Made by a program: the position numbers and the translations under genes. Positions 10,914 to 19,589 of a DNA stretch of 64,000 bases are shown one piece after another (the first letter of the stretch is position 1; every line of letters begins with the position of its first letter). Source of the stretch: Thermoanaerobaculia bacterium (GTDB taxonomy: Bacteria; Acidobacteriota; Thermoanaerobaculia; Multivoradales; JAHEKO01); NCBI GenBank assembly GCA_963781065.1, contig CAWAET010000002.1, positions 146,462 to 210,461 on the forward strand. The letters are read 5' to 3'. The notes beneath the pieces are model-generated. The model was given only the letters and a program-made list of their open reading frames with translations, ran no database searches and was not told the origin of the DNA.

Positions 10914-12169
10914 TCCTGCCCCGTCTGTCCGCCGACGCCCTCGACCGACCGCGACGGGCGGCGGACGATCCCGAGATCCTCCGCGGCGCCGCCGCGATCG
11001 TCGATACGGTGCGCGCCGGCGGCGAGCCCGCGCTGCGCGCATACGCCGAGCGCTTCGACGGGCTGGAGGCGGCCGGGCGCCTGGTCTACGACCGCCGGGC
11101 CCTGGAAGCGGCCCTGGCCGGGGCGCCACCCGAGGCCCGCCGGCGCCTCGAGCGGATCGCGGGCCGCATCCGGGCCTTCGCCGCCGCGCAGCTCGACGCC
11201 GTGCGACCGCTGAGCGTGCCGGTCCCGGGCGGCGAGGCCGGCCACGCGCTGGCGCCGGTCGCCGGCGCCGGCTGCTACGCCCCGGGCGGCCGCTATCCGC
11301 TGCCCTCCTCCGCCCTGATGACCGTCATCCCGGCGCGCGTCGCCGGGGTCGAAACGGTCTGGCTGGCCAGCCCGCGGCCGGCACCGGTGGTGCTGTGGGC
11401 GGCGGCCGTTGCCGGTGTCGACGGCCTGCTGGCCGCCGGCGGCGCCCAGGCCGTGGCGGCGCTGGCCTTTGGCGCCGGCGCGGTGCCGGCCGCCGACGTC
11501 GTGGTCGGCCCGGGCAACCCCTGGGTGACCGCCGCCAAGCAGCTGGTGGCCGGCGAGGTCGCGATCGATCTGCCCGCCGGCCCCTCCGAGCTGCTGGTCA
11601 TCGCCGATGCCGGGTCGGACCCGCGCCGGATCGCCGCCGACCTTCTGGCCCAGGCCGAGCACGACGAGCTGGCCCGGCCGTGGCTGCTGACCACCGACGA
11701 AGCCCTGATCGGGCGCGTCGAGGCGGAGCTCGAACGGCAGCTCGACGGCCTGCCTACCGCCGCCACCGCCCGCGCGGCGCTGGCCGGCGGCGGCGCCGTC
11801 CTCTGCCGCGACGAGCGGGAGATCGTCCAGCTGGCCGACGCGCTGGCGCCCGAGCACCTGCAGCTCTCGATCGCCCAGCCCCAGCGGCTGTCGCGGCGGC
11901 TGCGGCACTACGGCGCCCTGTTCCTGGGCGAGGGCACCGCCGAGGTCTTCGGCGACTACGGCGCCGGCCCCAACCACGTCCTGCCCACCGGCGGCGCCGC
12001 CCGTCACAGCGGCGGGTTGTCGGTGCTCAGCTTCCTGCGACTGCGAACCTGGATGCGCGGCGACGCCGGCGCGGTCGACGAGGGGCTGATCGACGACACG
12101 GTCTGGCTGGCCCGCCAGGAGGGGCTGGAAGCCCACGCCCGGGCCGCCCTGCTCCGCCGACGGGCGTAG
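10910..12169 (+). CDS. hisD: Histidinol dehydrogenase (intact)
   Basis: Uninterrupted 419-aa reading frame from ATG 10910 inside ORF 10604..12169. It carries GCYAPGGRYPLPSS, GPGNPWVTAAK, QAEHD and GDYGAGPNHVLPT motifs. Confidence 0.92.
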   Translation: MILPRLSADALDRPRRAADDPEILRGAAAIVDTVRAGGEPALRAYAERFDGLEAAGRLVYDRRALEAALAGAPPEARRRLERIAGRIRAFAAAQLDAVRPLSVPVPGGEAGHALAPVAGAGCYAPGGRYPLPSSALMTVIPARVAGVETVWLASPRPAPVVLWAAAVAGVDGLLAAGGAQAVAALAFGAGAVPAADVVVGPGNPWVTAAKQLVAGEVAIDLPAGPSELLVIADAGSDPRRIAADLLAQAEHDELARPWLLTTDEALIGRVEAELERQLDGLPTAATARAALAGGGAVLCRDEREIVQLADALAPEHLQLSIAQPQRLSRRLRHYGALFLGEGTAEVFGDYGAGPNHVLPTGGAARHSGGLSVLSFLRLRTWMRGDAGAVDEGLIDDTVWLARQEGLEAHARAALLRRRA

Positions 12170-12270
12170 GCCACAGACCCGCGGACGTCCCGCGGCGTTC
12201 CCGATCGAGGCTCTGGCCGCTGCGGCTCTGGAGCCATTCGGTTTGCCAGCGCCGCTCGGCTCCCGCCGGC

Positions 12271-12732
12271 TCAGCTTGCCATGTACCGCTCGAGGCTGCG
12301 GGCGGCGGTCCGCGCCACTTTGGACCGAAGAAGGCCCGACCAACCCAACAGCAGCCCCGGCAGGCCCAGGGCCTGGCGCGACCAGCGCCAGAAGTCGAAA
12401 GTGTCTACGTGGCGGACGATCTGCCCCTCGGCGATCTCGAACCGGGCGTCGATCGAGTTGTGGACCGGCCGGCCGGTGGCCGAGAACGTGTAGCGCGCCT
12501 CCCAGCGCGCCCGGCCGCGGTCGTCGCCGGCCTCGATGCCGCCGAACTCGATCCGGAGGTCCTCGCCGCGCTCGCAGAGCATGGCCCACATCGCCGCCAC
12601 CTCCGCCCCACGCAGATCGAAGACCTCGTCGGTGAAGTGGATCCGCGGGTGGTAGCAGGCCGCCATGGCGGCGGCATCGCGCGCCGCGAGGGCGCGGTAG
12701 AGGGTCTCGATCAATCGGGCATTGGGGTGCAC
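12271..12732 (-). CDS. NTF2/SnoaL-like fold protein, function unknown
   Basis: The 3' 153 codons of ORF 12271..13563 read VHPNARLIETLYRALAARDAAAMAACYHPRIHFTDEVF...ARFEIAEGQIVRHVDTFDFWRW, typical of SnoaL-like/NTF2 proteins. GTG start at 12732; upstream residues are Arg/Ala-rich junk. Confidence 0.65.
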   Translation of the reverse strand: MHPNARLIETLYRALAARDAAAMAACYHPRIHFTDEVFDLRGAEVAAMWAMLCERGEDLRIEFGGIEAGDDRGRARWEARYTFSATGRPVHNSIDARFEIAEGQIVRHVDTFDFWRWSRQALGLPGLLLGWSGLLRSKVARTAARSLERYMAS

Positions 12733-13038
12733 CGGCTGGATCCTAGCAGCGGAACCGGTACCGCGAGCGCGGCGGCGCACGATCGAGCGGCCGCGCCGCG
12801 CCCGGCGGCGCACCCCCGCCAGAACCGCTTGAGGCACAGCCCTCCAACTGCTATAGTCCGACGGCGGGGGAGAGCTTCGACGGCCGAGCAGCTGCTGGGC
12901 CCTTCGAAGAGCCGAAGGTCGAATCGGGAATCCCGACCCTCTCACAGGGCGCTCCTCCGACCGGCGACGACGCCGTCCCGCGACTCGAAAGTGCGAACCG
13001 CACCAACCGCGCCAGAAGCCACACAGCGGCCCATCTGA

Positions 13039-16000
13039 GTGGAAACTCCAGAACAGAACGAAAGCGCCGGCTCTCCGCCGCGCAAACGGCGTGGCCCCGG
13101 CGCGGCAAGACCGGTGCCGCTGCACAAGCGCAGCAGCTCGCACTTCCGGCCGACCGTGCGCGAGCGCGGTCGACAGGACCTCGAGGCGGGACGGGTGACC
13201 CTGGAGGTCGACGACATGCGCAGCCGGGCGCGGGTCGAGGGCGCCGACCAGAAAACCTACGCGGTCGGGCTCGACTGGTCCCAGGTGGAAGCGAAACGGG
13301 CGCTGCATGCCTTCTGCGAATGCCGTCGGTTCGCGGCCGGCAAGCCCTGCGAGCACATCTGGGCGACCCTGCTGGCCCTGGCCGGTCACGGCAAGAGCAT
13401 CCAGCCGCCGGGACGCGACCGCGTCTCGCTGCGCAAGGACCGCGCCTCGGCCTGGGACGACCTGGGAATCTCGCCCGAGGCCCTGGCGCTGGCAGTAGCG
13501 GTCGAAGAGGCGCCGCCGCCGCCACGCTCGACCCAGCGCAGTCGGACCGCCGGGGCACGCCACTCCGCGACCTCCTGGCGGTCGCAGCTCGACTCACTGC
13601 GCGCCGAGGTCGGCCGGCTGTCGACGCCGGCGGTAGGCGCCCCCAAGACCGCCGACGCCAAGGTCGTCACCCGCTTTCTGGTCAACACCTCGGCCAGTCG
13701 CAATCAAGACGGCCTGGTTCTGGATATCTTCACTCGCAGGCTCGGCCCCGGCGGCCGGCCGGGCAAGCTCAAGCGCTCCGGCCTCGAGCCCGAAGCGCTG
13801 AGCCGGCTGCTGCTGCCCCAGGGCGCCGTCGCCGATACCAACGGCGACCTGCCGGTGATCACCGCCCTGGCTTCGGCGGCCAAGGCTCGGCAGGGGCGGG
13901 CTCGGCGCGGCCAGCAGAGCAACGGCAGGATCCAGCGCTTCCGCCTGCCGGATCGCCTGCACGAGGCGGTGCTCTCGAATCTGGCCGCGGCGGGCGTGCT
14001 CGGTTCCTGGGACGGCCGCCGGCTGAGCGAAGGCGCCGCCCTGAATTGGGACACCGGTCGGCCGTGGCGGCTCAGGCTGCGGCTGGCGGCGGCCGCCGGC
14101 GGCGCCAAGCTGGCCGGCAGCCTGGAGCGCAACGGCGACCGGGTGCCGCTGACTGCCCCGCTGCTGATCCTGCCCACCGCCAAGCCGGGCCGTTCGCTGG
14201 TCGTCTTCGCCGAGACCATCGGCGTCTTGCGGGCCGCCGAAAGCGAGCTGCACTGGATCACGCTGCTGCGCGACGCGCGAGAGATCGTCATCCCCGAGCG
14301 CGACCTCGAAGACGCGCTGACCGAGCTGCTCGAGATTCCCGACCTGCCCAGCCTCGAGATCCCCGATGAGCTGCGCGCCGCCGAGGAGACCTCGCCCCCG
14401 CGGCCGCGGCTGATGCTGACCAAGGACGCCAATTCGGTACTGCCCCACGCGCCGCTGCTGGCCGAGCTCTCGTTCCGCTACGGCGAGCTCGAGGTCAGCG
14501 CCCGGGACGCACGGCCGACGATCATCGAGTGGCCGGGCCCGACCCTGCTGCGGCGCGACATGGAGCGCGAGCACCAGCTGTTGATCCGCCTGCTCGAGGC
14601 CGGCGTCGAGCCGGTCCCCGGCAGCCAGGAGAACGAGATCGAGCTGTCGCCGCACAAGGTCCCGGCCGCCGCCGAGCTGCTGCTCATGGAGGGCTGGGAG
14701 GTGGAGATCAGCGGCGCCTCGCTGCGGGCGCCGGGCCCGCCGGCGCTGAGGATCGAGAGCGGCATCGACTGGTTCGAGCTCGCCGGCGGGCTGGAGTTCG
14801 CGGGCAACGAGGTCGAGCTCAAGAAGATCCTCGAGGCGGTCAAGAAGGGCCAGCGATTCGTCGCCCTCAAGGACGGCTCGCAGGGACTGCTGCCGTCGTC
14901 GTGGAGCGAGGCCTACGGCTCGCTGGCCCAGCTGGCCCAGGACACGAGCGAGGAAGGGCTGCGCTTCCTGCCGTCGCAGGCGATGCTGGTCGATGCCCTG
15001 CTGGTCGAGATGCCGCCGGCGGCGGTGGACAAGACGTTTGCCGAGCTGCGCGAGAAGCTGAGCTCGTTCGACCGCATCAAGCCGAAGAAGGAGCCGCGCG
15101 GCTTTGGCGGCACCCTGCGCGGCTACCAGCGCGAGGGACTCGGCTGGCTCGACTTCATGCGCCAGTTCGGCCTCGGCGGCGTGCTGGCCGACGACATGGG
15201 GCTGGGCAAGACGGTGCAGCTGCTGGCCCTGCTGCGCCTCAACCGCACGCCCTCGAAGACCACCGGCCTGCCCTCGCTGGTGGTGGTGCCGCGCAGCCTG
15301 CTCTACAACTGGCTCGAGGAGGCGGCGCGCTTCACCCCCAAGCTCAAGGTGGTCGAGTACAGCGGCCCCGGGCGCGAGGCCTTGCAGGGCAAGTTGGACA
15401 GCTACGACCTGGTGTTGACGACCTACGGCACGCTGCGCCGCGACATCGGGTATCTGGCGACGGTCGAGTTCGACACCGTCGTCCTCGACGAGGCGCAGGC
15501 GATCAAGAACCGCGACTCGCAGGCCGCCAAGGCCAGCCGGCTGCTCCAGGGCCGCCACCGGCTGGCGCTGACCGGCACGCCGATCGAGAACCATCTGGGC
15601 GAGCTCTGCTCGCTGTTCGAGTTCCTCAACCCGGGGCTGCTGGGCCGGCTGCCGACCCTCGAGATCCTCTCCAGCGGCCGCAAGGCGGGGGCCGACGAGC
15701 TGGCCAAGGTGGCCGCCGGCATCCGCCCCTTCATCCTGCGGCGGACCAAGGCACAGGTGCTGCCCGATCTGCCGGCGAAGACCGAGCAGGTGCTGCACTG
15801 CACCCTCAACCCGCGTCAGCGCGAGATCTACGACCAGCTCAAGGCCGGCTATCAAACCACCCTGCTGCGCCAGGCCGAGCAGGATGGCGTCGGCAAGTCG
15901 GCCATCCAGGTGCTCGAGGCGCTGCTGCGGCTGCGCCAGGTCGCCTGCCATCCGGGGCTGGTCAACGACGAGTGGGTCGAGGCCGGCAGCGCCAAGCTGG

Positions 16001-16494
16001 ACACCCTGTTCGACCTGGTCGACGAGGTGCTCGACGAGGGGCACAAGGTGCTGGTCTTCTCCCAGTTCACCAAGCTGCTCGGTCTGGTCCGGGAGCGGCT
16101 CGAGGAGCGCGGCATCGACTACGCCTACCTCGACGGCCAGACCCGCAACCGCGGTCGGGTGGTCGAGCGGTTCCAGACCGAGCCGAGCTGCAACCTCTTC
16201 CTGATCAGCCTCAAGGCCGGCGGCGTCGGCCTCAACCTGACCGCCGCCGACTACGTCTTCCTGCTCGACCCGTGGTGGAACCCGGCGGTCGAGGCCCAGG
16301 CGATCGACCGCACCCACCGCATCGGCCAGACCCAGCCGGTCTTCGCCTACCGGCTGATCGCCCAGGACACGGTCGAGGAGAAGATCCTCCAGCTGCAGAG
16401 CTCCAAGCGCAAGCTCGCCGACGCCATCCTCGGCGGCGAGGGCGGACCGCTCAAGGAGCTGACCGCCGACGATCTACGGATGCTGCTGAGCTAG
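13039..16494 (+). CDS. SWIM zinc-finger + SNF2/RapA-family helicase
   Basis: 1151-aa ORF with a SWIM motif CECRRFAAGKPCEHIWA near the N-terminus. SNF2 ATPase motifs: LADDMGLGKT, VLDEAQAIKN, LTGTPIENHL. Helicase C motifs: VLVFSQFT, LISLKAGGVGLNLT, DPWWNPAVEAQAIDRTHRIGQ. Confidence 0.85.
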   Translation: METPEQNESAGSPPRKRRGPGAARPVPLHKRSSSHFRPTVRERGRQDLEAGRVTLEVDDMRSRARVEGADQKTYAVGLDWSQVEAKRALHAFCECRRFAAGKPCEHIWATLLALAGHGKSIQPPGRDRVSLRKDRASAWDDLGISPEALALAVAVEEAPPPPRSTQRSRTAGARHSATSWRSQLDSLRAEVGRLSTPAVGAPKTADAKVVTRFLVNTSASRNQDGLVLDIFTRRLGPGGRPGKLKRSGLEPEALSRLLLPQGAVADTNGDLPVITALASAAKARQGRARRGQQSNGRIQRFRLPDRLHEAVLSNLAAAGVLGSWDGRRLSEGAALNWDTGRPWRLRLRLAAAAGGAKLAGSLERNGDRVPLTAPLLILPTAKPGRSLVVFAETIGVLRAAESELHWITLLRDAREIVIPERDLEDALTELLEIPDLPSLEIPDELRAAEETSPPRPRLMLTKDANSVLPHAPLLAELSFRYGELEVSARDARPTIIEWPGPTLLRRDMEREHQLLIRLLEAGVEPVPGSQENEIELSPHKVPAAAELLLMEGWEVEISGASLRAPGPPALRIESGIDWFELAGGLEFAGNEVELKKILEAVKKGQRFVALKDGSQGLLPSSWSEAYGSLAQLAQDTSEEGLRFLPSQAMLVDALLVEMPPAAVDKTFAELREKLSSFDRIKPKKEPRGFGGTLRGYQREGLGWLDFMRQFGLGGVLADDMGLGKTVQLLALLRLNRTPSKTTGLPSLVVVPRSLLYNWLEEAARFTPKLKVVEYSGPGREALQGKLDSYDLVLTTYGTLRRDIGYLATVEFDTVVLDEAQAIKNRDSQAAKASRLLQGRHRLALTGTPIENHLGELCSLFEFLNPGLLGRLPTLEILSSGRKAGADELAKVAAGIRPFILRRTKAQVLPDLPAKTEQVLHCTLNPRQREIYDQLKAGYQTTLLRQAEQDGVGKSAIQVLEALLRLRQVACHPGLVNDEWVEAGSAKLDTLFDLVDEVLDEGHKVLVFSQFTKLLGLVRERLEERGIDYAYLDGQTRNRGRVVERFQTEPSCNLFLISLKAGGVGLNLTAADYVFLLDPWWNPAVEAQAIDRTHRIGQTQPVFAYRLIAQDTVEEKILQLQSSKRKLADAILGGEGGPLKELTADDLRMLLS

Positions 16495-16631
16495 CCGGAG
16501 TTTCTCACCAACTCCCTACTGCGCCGACGCCTGCACTTGAATCTGCGGGACTTCCCTCGGTCGAGCATCCTCGCGAGTCGGATCCCGCGCCTTCGCCGAC
16601 CGGTTCGTGTGCCGGGCGGGTTCCCGTCGCC

Positions 16632-19589
16632 CTACTCCACCTGGAACCTCCAGGTGATCCGACCGACCTCGCGACCGCGGTAGAGCTGCCGGATCGCCAG
16701 GCTGTCGCCTGGCCGGGTGGCGTCGTCGACGTGGAAGGCGCAGTCGAACCGCGCCCCGGCGAGCAGCCGGAGCCGCCCGATCGCCACCCGCGGCTGCTTC
16801 GGGGGCACCAGCCGCACCTGCTCCGGCCTGCCGGTATTCTCCGGCGTCCGCCAGAGACGGCTACGACCGATCTGCGAGGCCAGCGCCGCCTGCGCGTCGA
16901 GCGCCAGGGTAGCCGGGGGCGCCAGGTTGCGGACGATCTCGAAGTCGAAGGTCCGCGCCCGGTCCGGAGTGCCGGTGATCAGGAAGGACAGCTCAGCCTT
17001 CCGGCCTGCCGGGACGCGGTGAACGTTGCAGAAGGCGACACCGGCATGCCAGTCGAGAAACGACAGATAGCGCCGCCAGTCGAAGTAGGGCCAGCGATGC
17101 GGCGGCACCGCCAGGCCCGGTGGGGTCCCCTCCTCGTCGCGCCGATCCTGCACCGTGGCGACAAAGCCGCAACGCCCCTCAGCGGGCGCCTCGAGGGCGA
17201 ATGCTCCGGACCAGACCGGAGATTCGGCCACCGCCACGGCGCCGCCGCCGGGCGCGGCCGGTAGCTCGCTCCACAGGTCGGGTGTCAGCAGGGTCGCGAC
17301 CGGGCACCCGTAGAGCTTGACGTCCGCCTGCTCGGCTCGCTGCAGGCCGCGGTTGTGGAGCCGCACGTGGACCGAGTAGGCCGCTCCGGGCGTCATCGGC
17401 GCCAGTTCGGCGGCACCCTCCTGCAGCGGGTCCGTCGGGCTCTCGCCGACGGCCAGCGCCACGATGTCGGGGCTGCAACAGGTCCGCCGCGCCACCGGCA
17501 CGGCGCCCTCGTCTTCCAGGCAGTCGCGGATGCCGAGATCCGACACCAGGCCCAACCCCTGGCGCAGGACGCGCCGGAGGTCGGGCATGACGCCGATCCG
17601 GCCGCGCACCCCGCGGCCCTGGCGGGTGCCGTATGTCGGATCGGCGAGCAGCCGCCGCATCTCCGATGGCGAGAGCCGGGTCCCGGCCAGCCGCTCGCGC
17701 ACTCCCTGGACCAGCAGGGCGGCGCCGGCGATGATCGGCGCCGCGCCGCTGGTGCCGCCGAAATAGGCCGTGTAGGCCCGTCTCGCGGCCACCTCCTCGG
17801 CCACCTCCGGATCTTCCAGATAGCCGTTCATGTCGCCGTAACCGGCGGTGGCCACGCGGTCGCCGTGGGCAAAACAGTCGATGCGTGAGCCATGGTTCGA
17901 GCCCACCCCCACCCGGCCCGACAGGCGATCGTGGGGCCGCGCCGAGCGCGCCGCGGCGACCATCAGGGCGCCCGATTCGCGGAAGTGCGGATGGCGGCGG
18001 TTCAGCACCCGCTCACCGCGCTCGTCGACATAGCGGTCGAGATCGGCGTTGCCGTTGCCCGCCGCCTCGATGACGATGATGCCATTGGCCACCGCCAGCC
18101 GGATGGCGTCACGGTCGGCCGGGTCGACCTCGGTGGGCAGGTAGCTGCGCTGCACCTCGAGCAGCAGCACGTCGCCAGGGTCCAGCCGATCGATGGCGTG
18201 GCGGATGCCGTTGGCCACGTTGCCGGAGGTCTGCTGGCCCTGGTCCCAGTGGGAGACCAGCTGTAGCCGATGGGTGCCCTTGCTGATGCCGCGCACGCCC
18301 TTGTCGTTGCCCCGCGTGGCGAGCAGCTCGGCCAGAACCGCCGTGCCGTGATGTCCCCGGTAGTCGCCGAAGTCGTGCCGGTTGTCACCGAAGACAAGAG
18401 CCGTGCCGAGGTCGACGTTCAGATCCTCGTGCGCCAGCCGGCCCGCCCCGTCCTCGAGCCAGCCCTGTTCGAGGTCCATGAAGCCGACGTCGAGCGCGCC
18501 GTCGGGCGTGTAGCGCCAGGCCCAACGGACGCCGAGCCCGGCTGGAGCCCGGTCCAGGTGTTCCTGCACCCCGAGGTAGGTGTCGTCCGGCGAGGGGTCG
18601 GTGGCGGCGAGCTCGCGATAGGCGAGATCGACCTCGGGCAGTTCGTTGAGCTGGCGGACGAATCGCCGGGCCACCTGACGATAGGAGGGCTCCCAGCCGT
18701 TGACGCGACGTTCGCCCGGCGCCGCCTCGATCTCGACGTGCAGGAAGCGCGCATCGATCCGCCAGTACGAGGACAGCGGGTTGAGGGGCGGCAGCGTGGA
18801 CCGCGCCGCCCGCCGCTCGAGCTCGTAGGTCGTGGGCCTGGGCTTGGGCCGCTCCTCTCGAGCTCCCTTTCGCCTGCCCTTTCTGCGCTCCCTTGGCTGG
18901 TCCTCGTCCCGCGCGCACTCTCTGCCGCGGTCCTCTGGCGGGTCCTCGTCCGGCGCGCGCTCTCTGCCGCGGTCCACCACGTCCACCAGCCGGCCGGTCA
19001 TGTCGGCCGAGATCCCGTGCCGCCGCAACACCCGCCGCAGCCCGACGAGCTCCAGCCGCCTGGCCGCCTCGCGCAGATCGTCCACCTCGTCCGCCAGGCT
19101 CAGGTCCAGCTCGGGCGACAGACGGACGACAATCCTACCGCTGTGCTGGATCGGGAAGCTTCTGCTCCGGCGGCGCGGCGAACACCGCTGACGACTCGCC
19201 CCCTGCCGCCGTCCGGCAAGGCGCCCACACAGCCGCCGCAGAAGTCGCTGGGTTCCTGGATCGTCAAGATCGCCAATACCCAGCGGCCGGGGGTCGTCGG
19301 GATCACCGATGTCAATCGGCCGCGGGTCGTCGGGATCACCGATGTCAATCGGCCGCGGGTCATCGGGATCGCCGATGTCGATCGGCCGCGGGTCGTCGGG
19401 ATCACCGATGTCGATCGGCCGCGGGTCGTCGGGATCGCCGATGTCAATCGGCCGCGGGTCGTCGGGATCGCCGATGTCAATCGGCCGTGGGTCGTCGGGA
19501 TCGCCGATGTCAATCGGCCGTGGGTCGTCGGGATCGCCGATGTCAATCGGCCGTGGGTCGGACAGGAAGAACGGTCCTTCTCGAGTCAT
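16632..19589 (-). CDS. S8 (subtilisin-family) serine peptidase with N-terminal 11-aa tandem repeats, no signal peptide
   Basis: Catalytic motifs FMDLEQGW (Asp), HHGTAVLAEL (His), GGTSGAAPIIAG (Ser). ATG at 19589 is preceded by CAAGAGGGAGAGGCAG and overlaps the stop of the upstream CHAT gene (ATGA). N-terminus MTREGPFFLS is followed by 8 x DPRPIDIGDPD. Confidence 0.8.
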   Translation of the reverse strand: MTREGPFFLSDPRPIDIGDPDDPRPIDIGDPDDPRPIDIGDPDDPRPIDIGDPDDPRPIDIGDPDDPRPIDIGDPDDPRPIDIGDPDDPRPIDIGDPDDPRPLGIGDLDDPGTQRLLRRLCGRLAGRRQGASRQRCSPRRRSRSFPIQHSGRIVVRLSPELDLSLADEVDDLREAARRLELVGLRRVLRRHGISADMTGRLVDVVDRGRERAPDEDPPEDRGRECARDEDQPRERRKGRRKGAREERPKPRPTTYELERRAARSTLPPLNPLSSYWRIDARFLHVEIEAAPGERRVNGWEPSYRQVARRFVRQLNELPEVDLAYRELAATDPSPDDTYLGVQEHLDRAPAGLGVRWAWRYTPDGALDVGFMDLEQGWLEDGAGRLAHEDLNVDLGTALVFGDNRHDFGDYRGHHGTAVLAELLATRGNDKGVRGISKGTHRLQLVSHWDQGQQTSGNVANGIRHAIDRLDPGDVLLLEVQRSYLPTEVDPADRDAIRLAVANGIIVIEAAGNGNADLDRYVDERGERVLNRRHPHFRESGALMVAAARSARPHDRLSGRVGVGSNHGSRIDCFAHGDRVATAGYGDMNGYLEDPEVAEEVAARRAYTAYFGGTSGAAPIIAGAALLVQGVRERLAGTRLSPSEMRRLLADPTYGTRQGRGVRGRIGVMPDLRRVLRQGLGLVSDLGIRDCLEDEGAVPVARRTCCSPDIVALAVGESPTDPLQEGAAELAPMTPGAAYSVHVRLHNRGLQRAEQADVKLYGCPVATLLTPDLWSELPAAPGGGAVAVAESPVWSGAFALEAPAEGRCGFVATVQDRRDEEGTPPGLAVPPHRWPYFDWRRYLSFLDWHAGVAFCNVHRVPAGRKAELSFLITGTPDRARTFDFEIVRNLAPPATLALDAQAALASQIGRSRLWRTPENTGRPEQVRLVPPKQPRVAIGRLRLLAGARFDCAFHVDDATRPGDSLAIRQLYRGREVGRITWRFQVE
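19257..19560 (-). repeat. 33-bp tandem repeat, about 9 units (8 near-identical plus 1 degenerate), in frame inside the S8 gene
   Basis: Unit GGTCGTCGGGATCRCCGATGTCRATCGGCCGYG on the plus strand, repeated head to tail. It encodes PRPIDIGDPDD x8 plus PRPLGIGDLDD. Confidence 0.95.

Noticed and set aside
19257-19560. Regular 33-bp repeats as a possible CRISPR array.
   Set aside because: The units are contiguous with no spacers, lie in frame within a CDS and encode an identical peptide. No cas genes are nearby.
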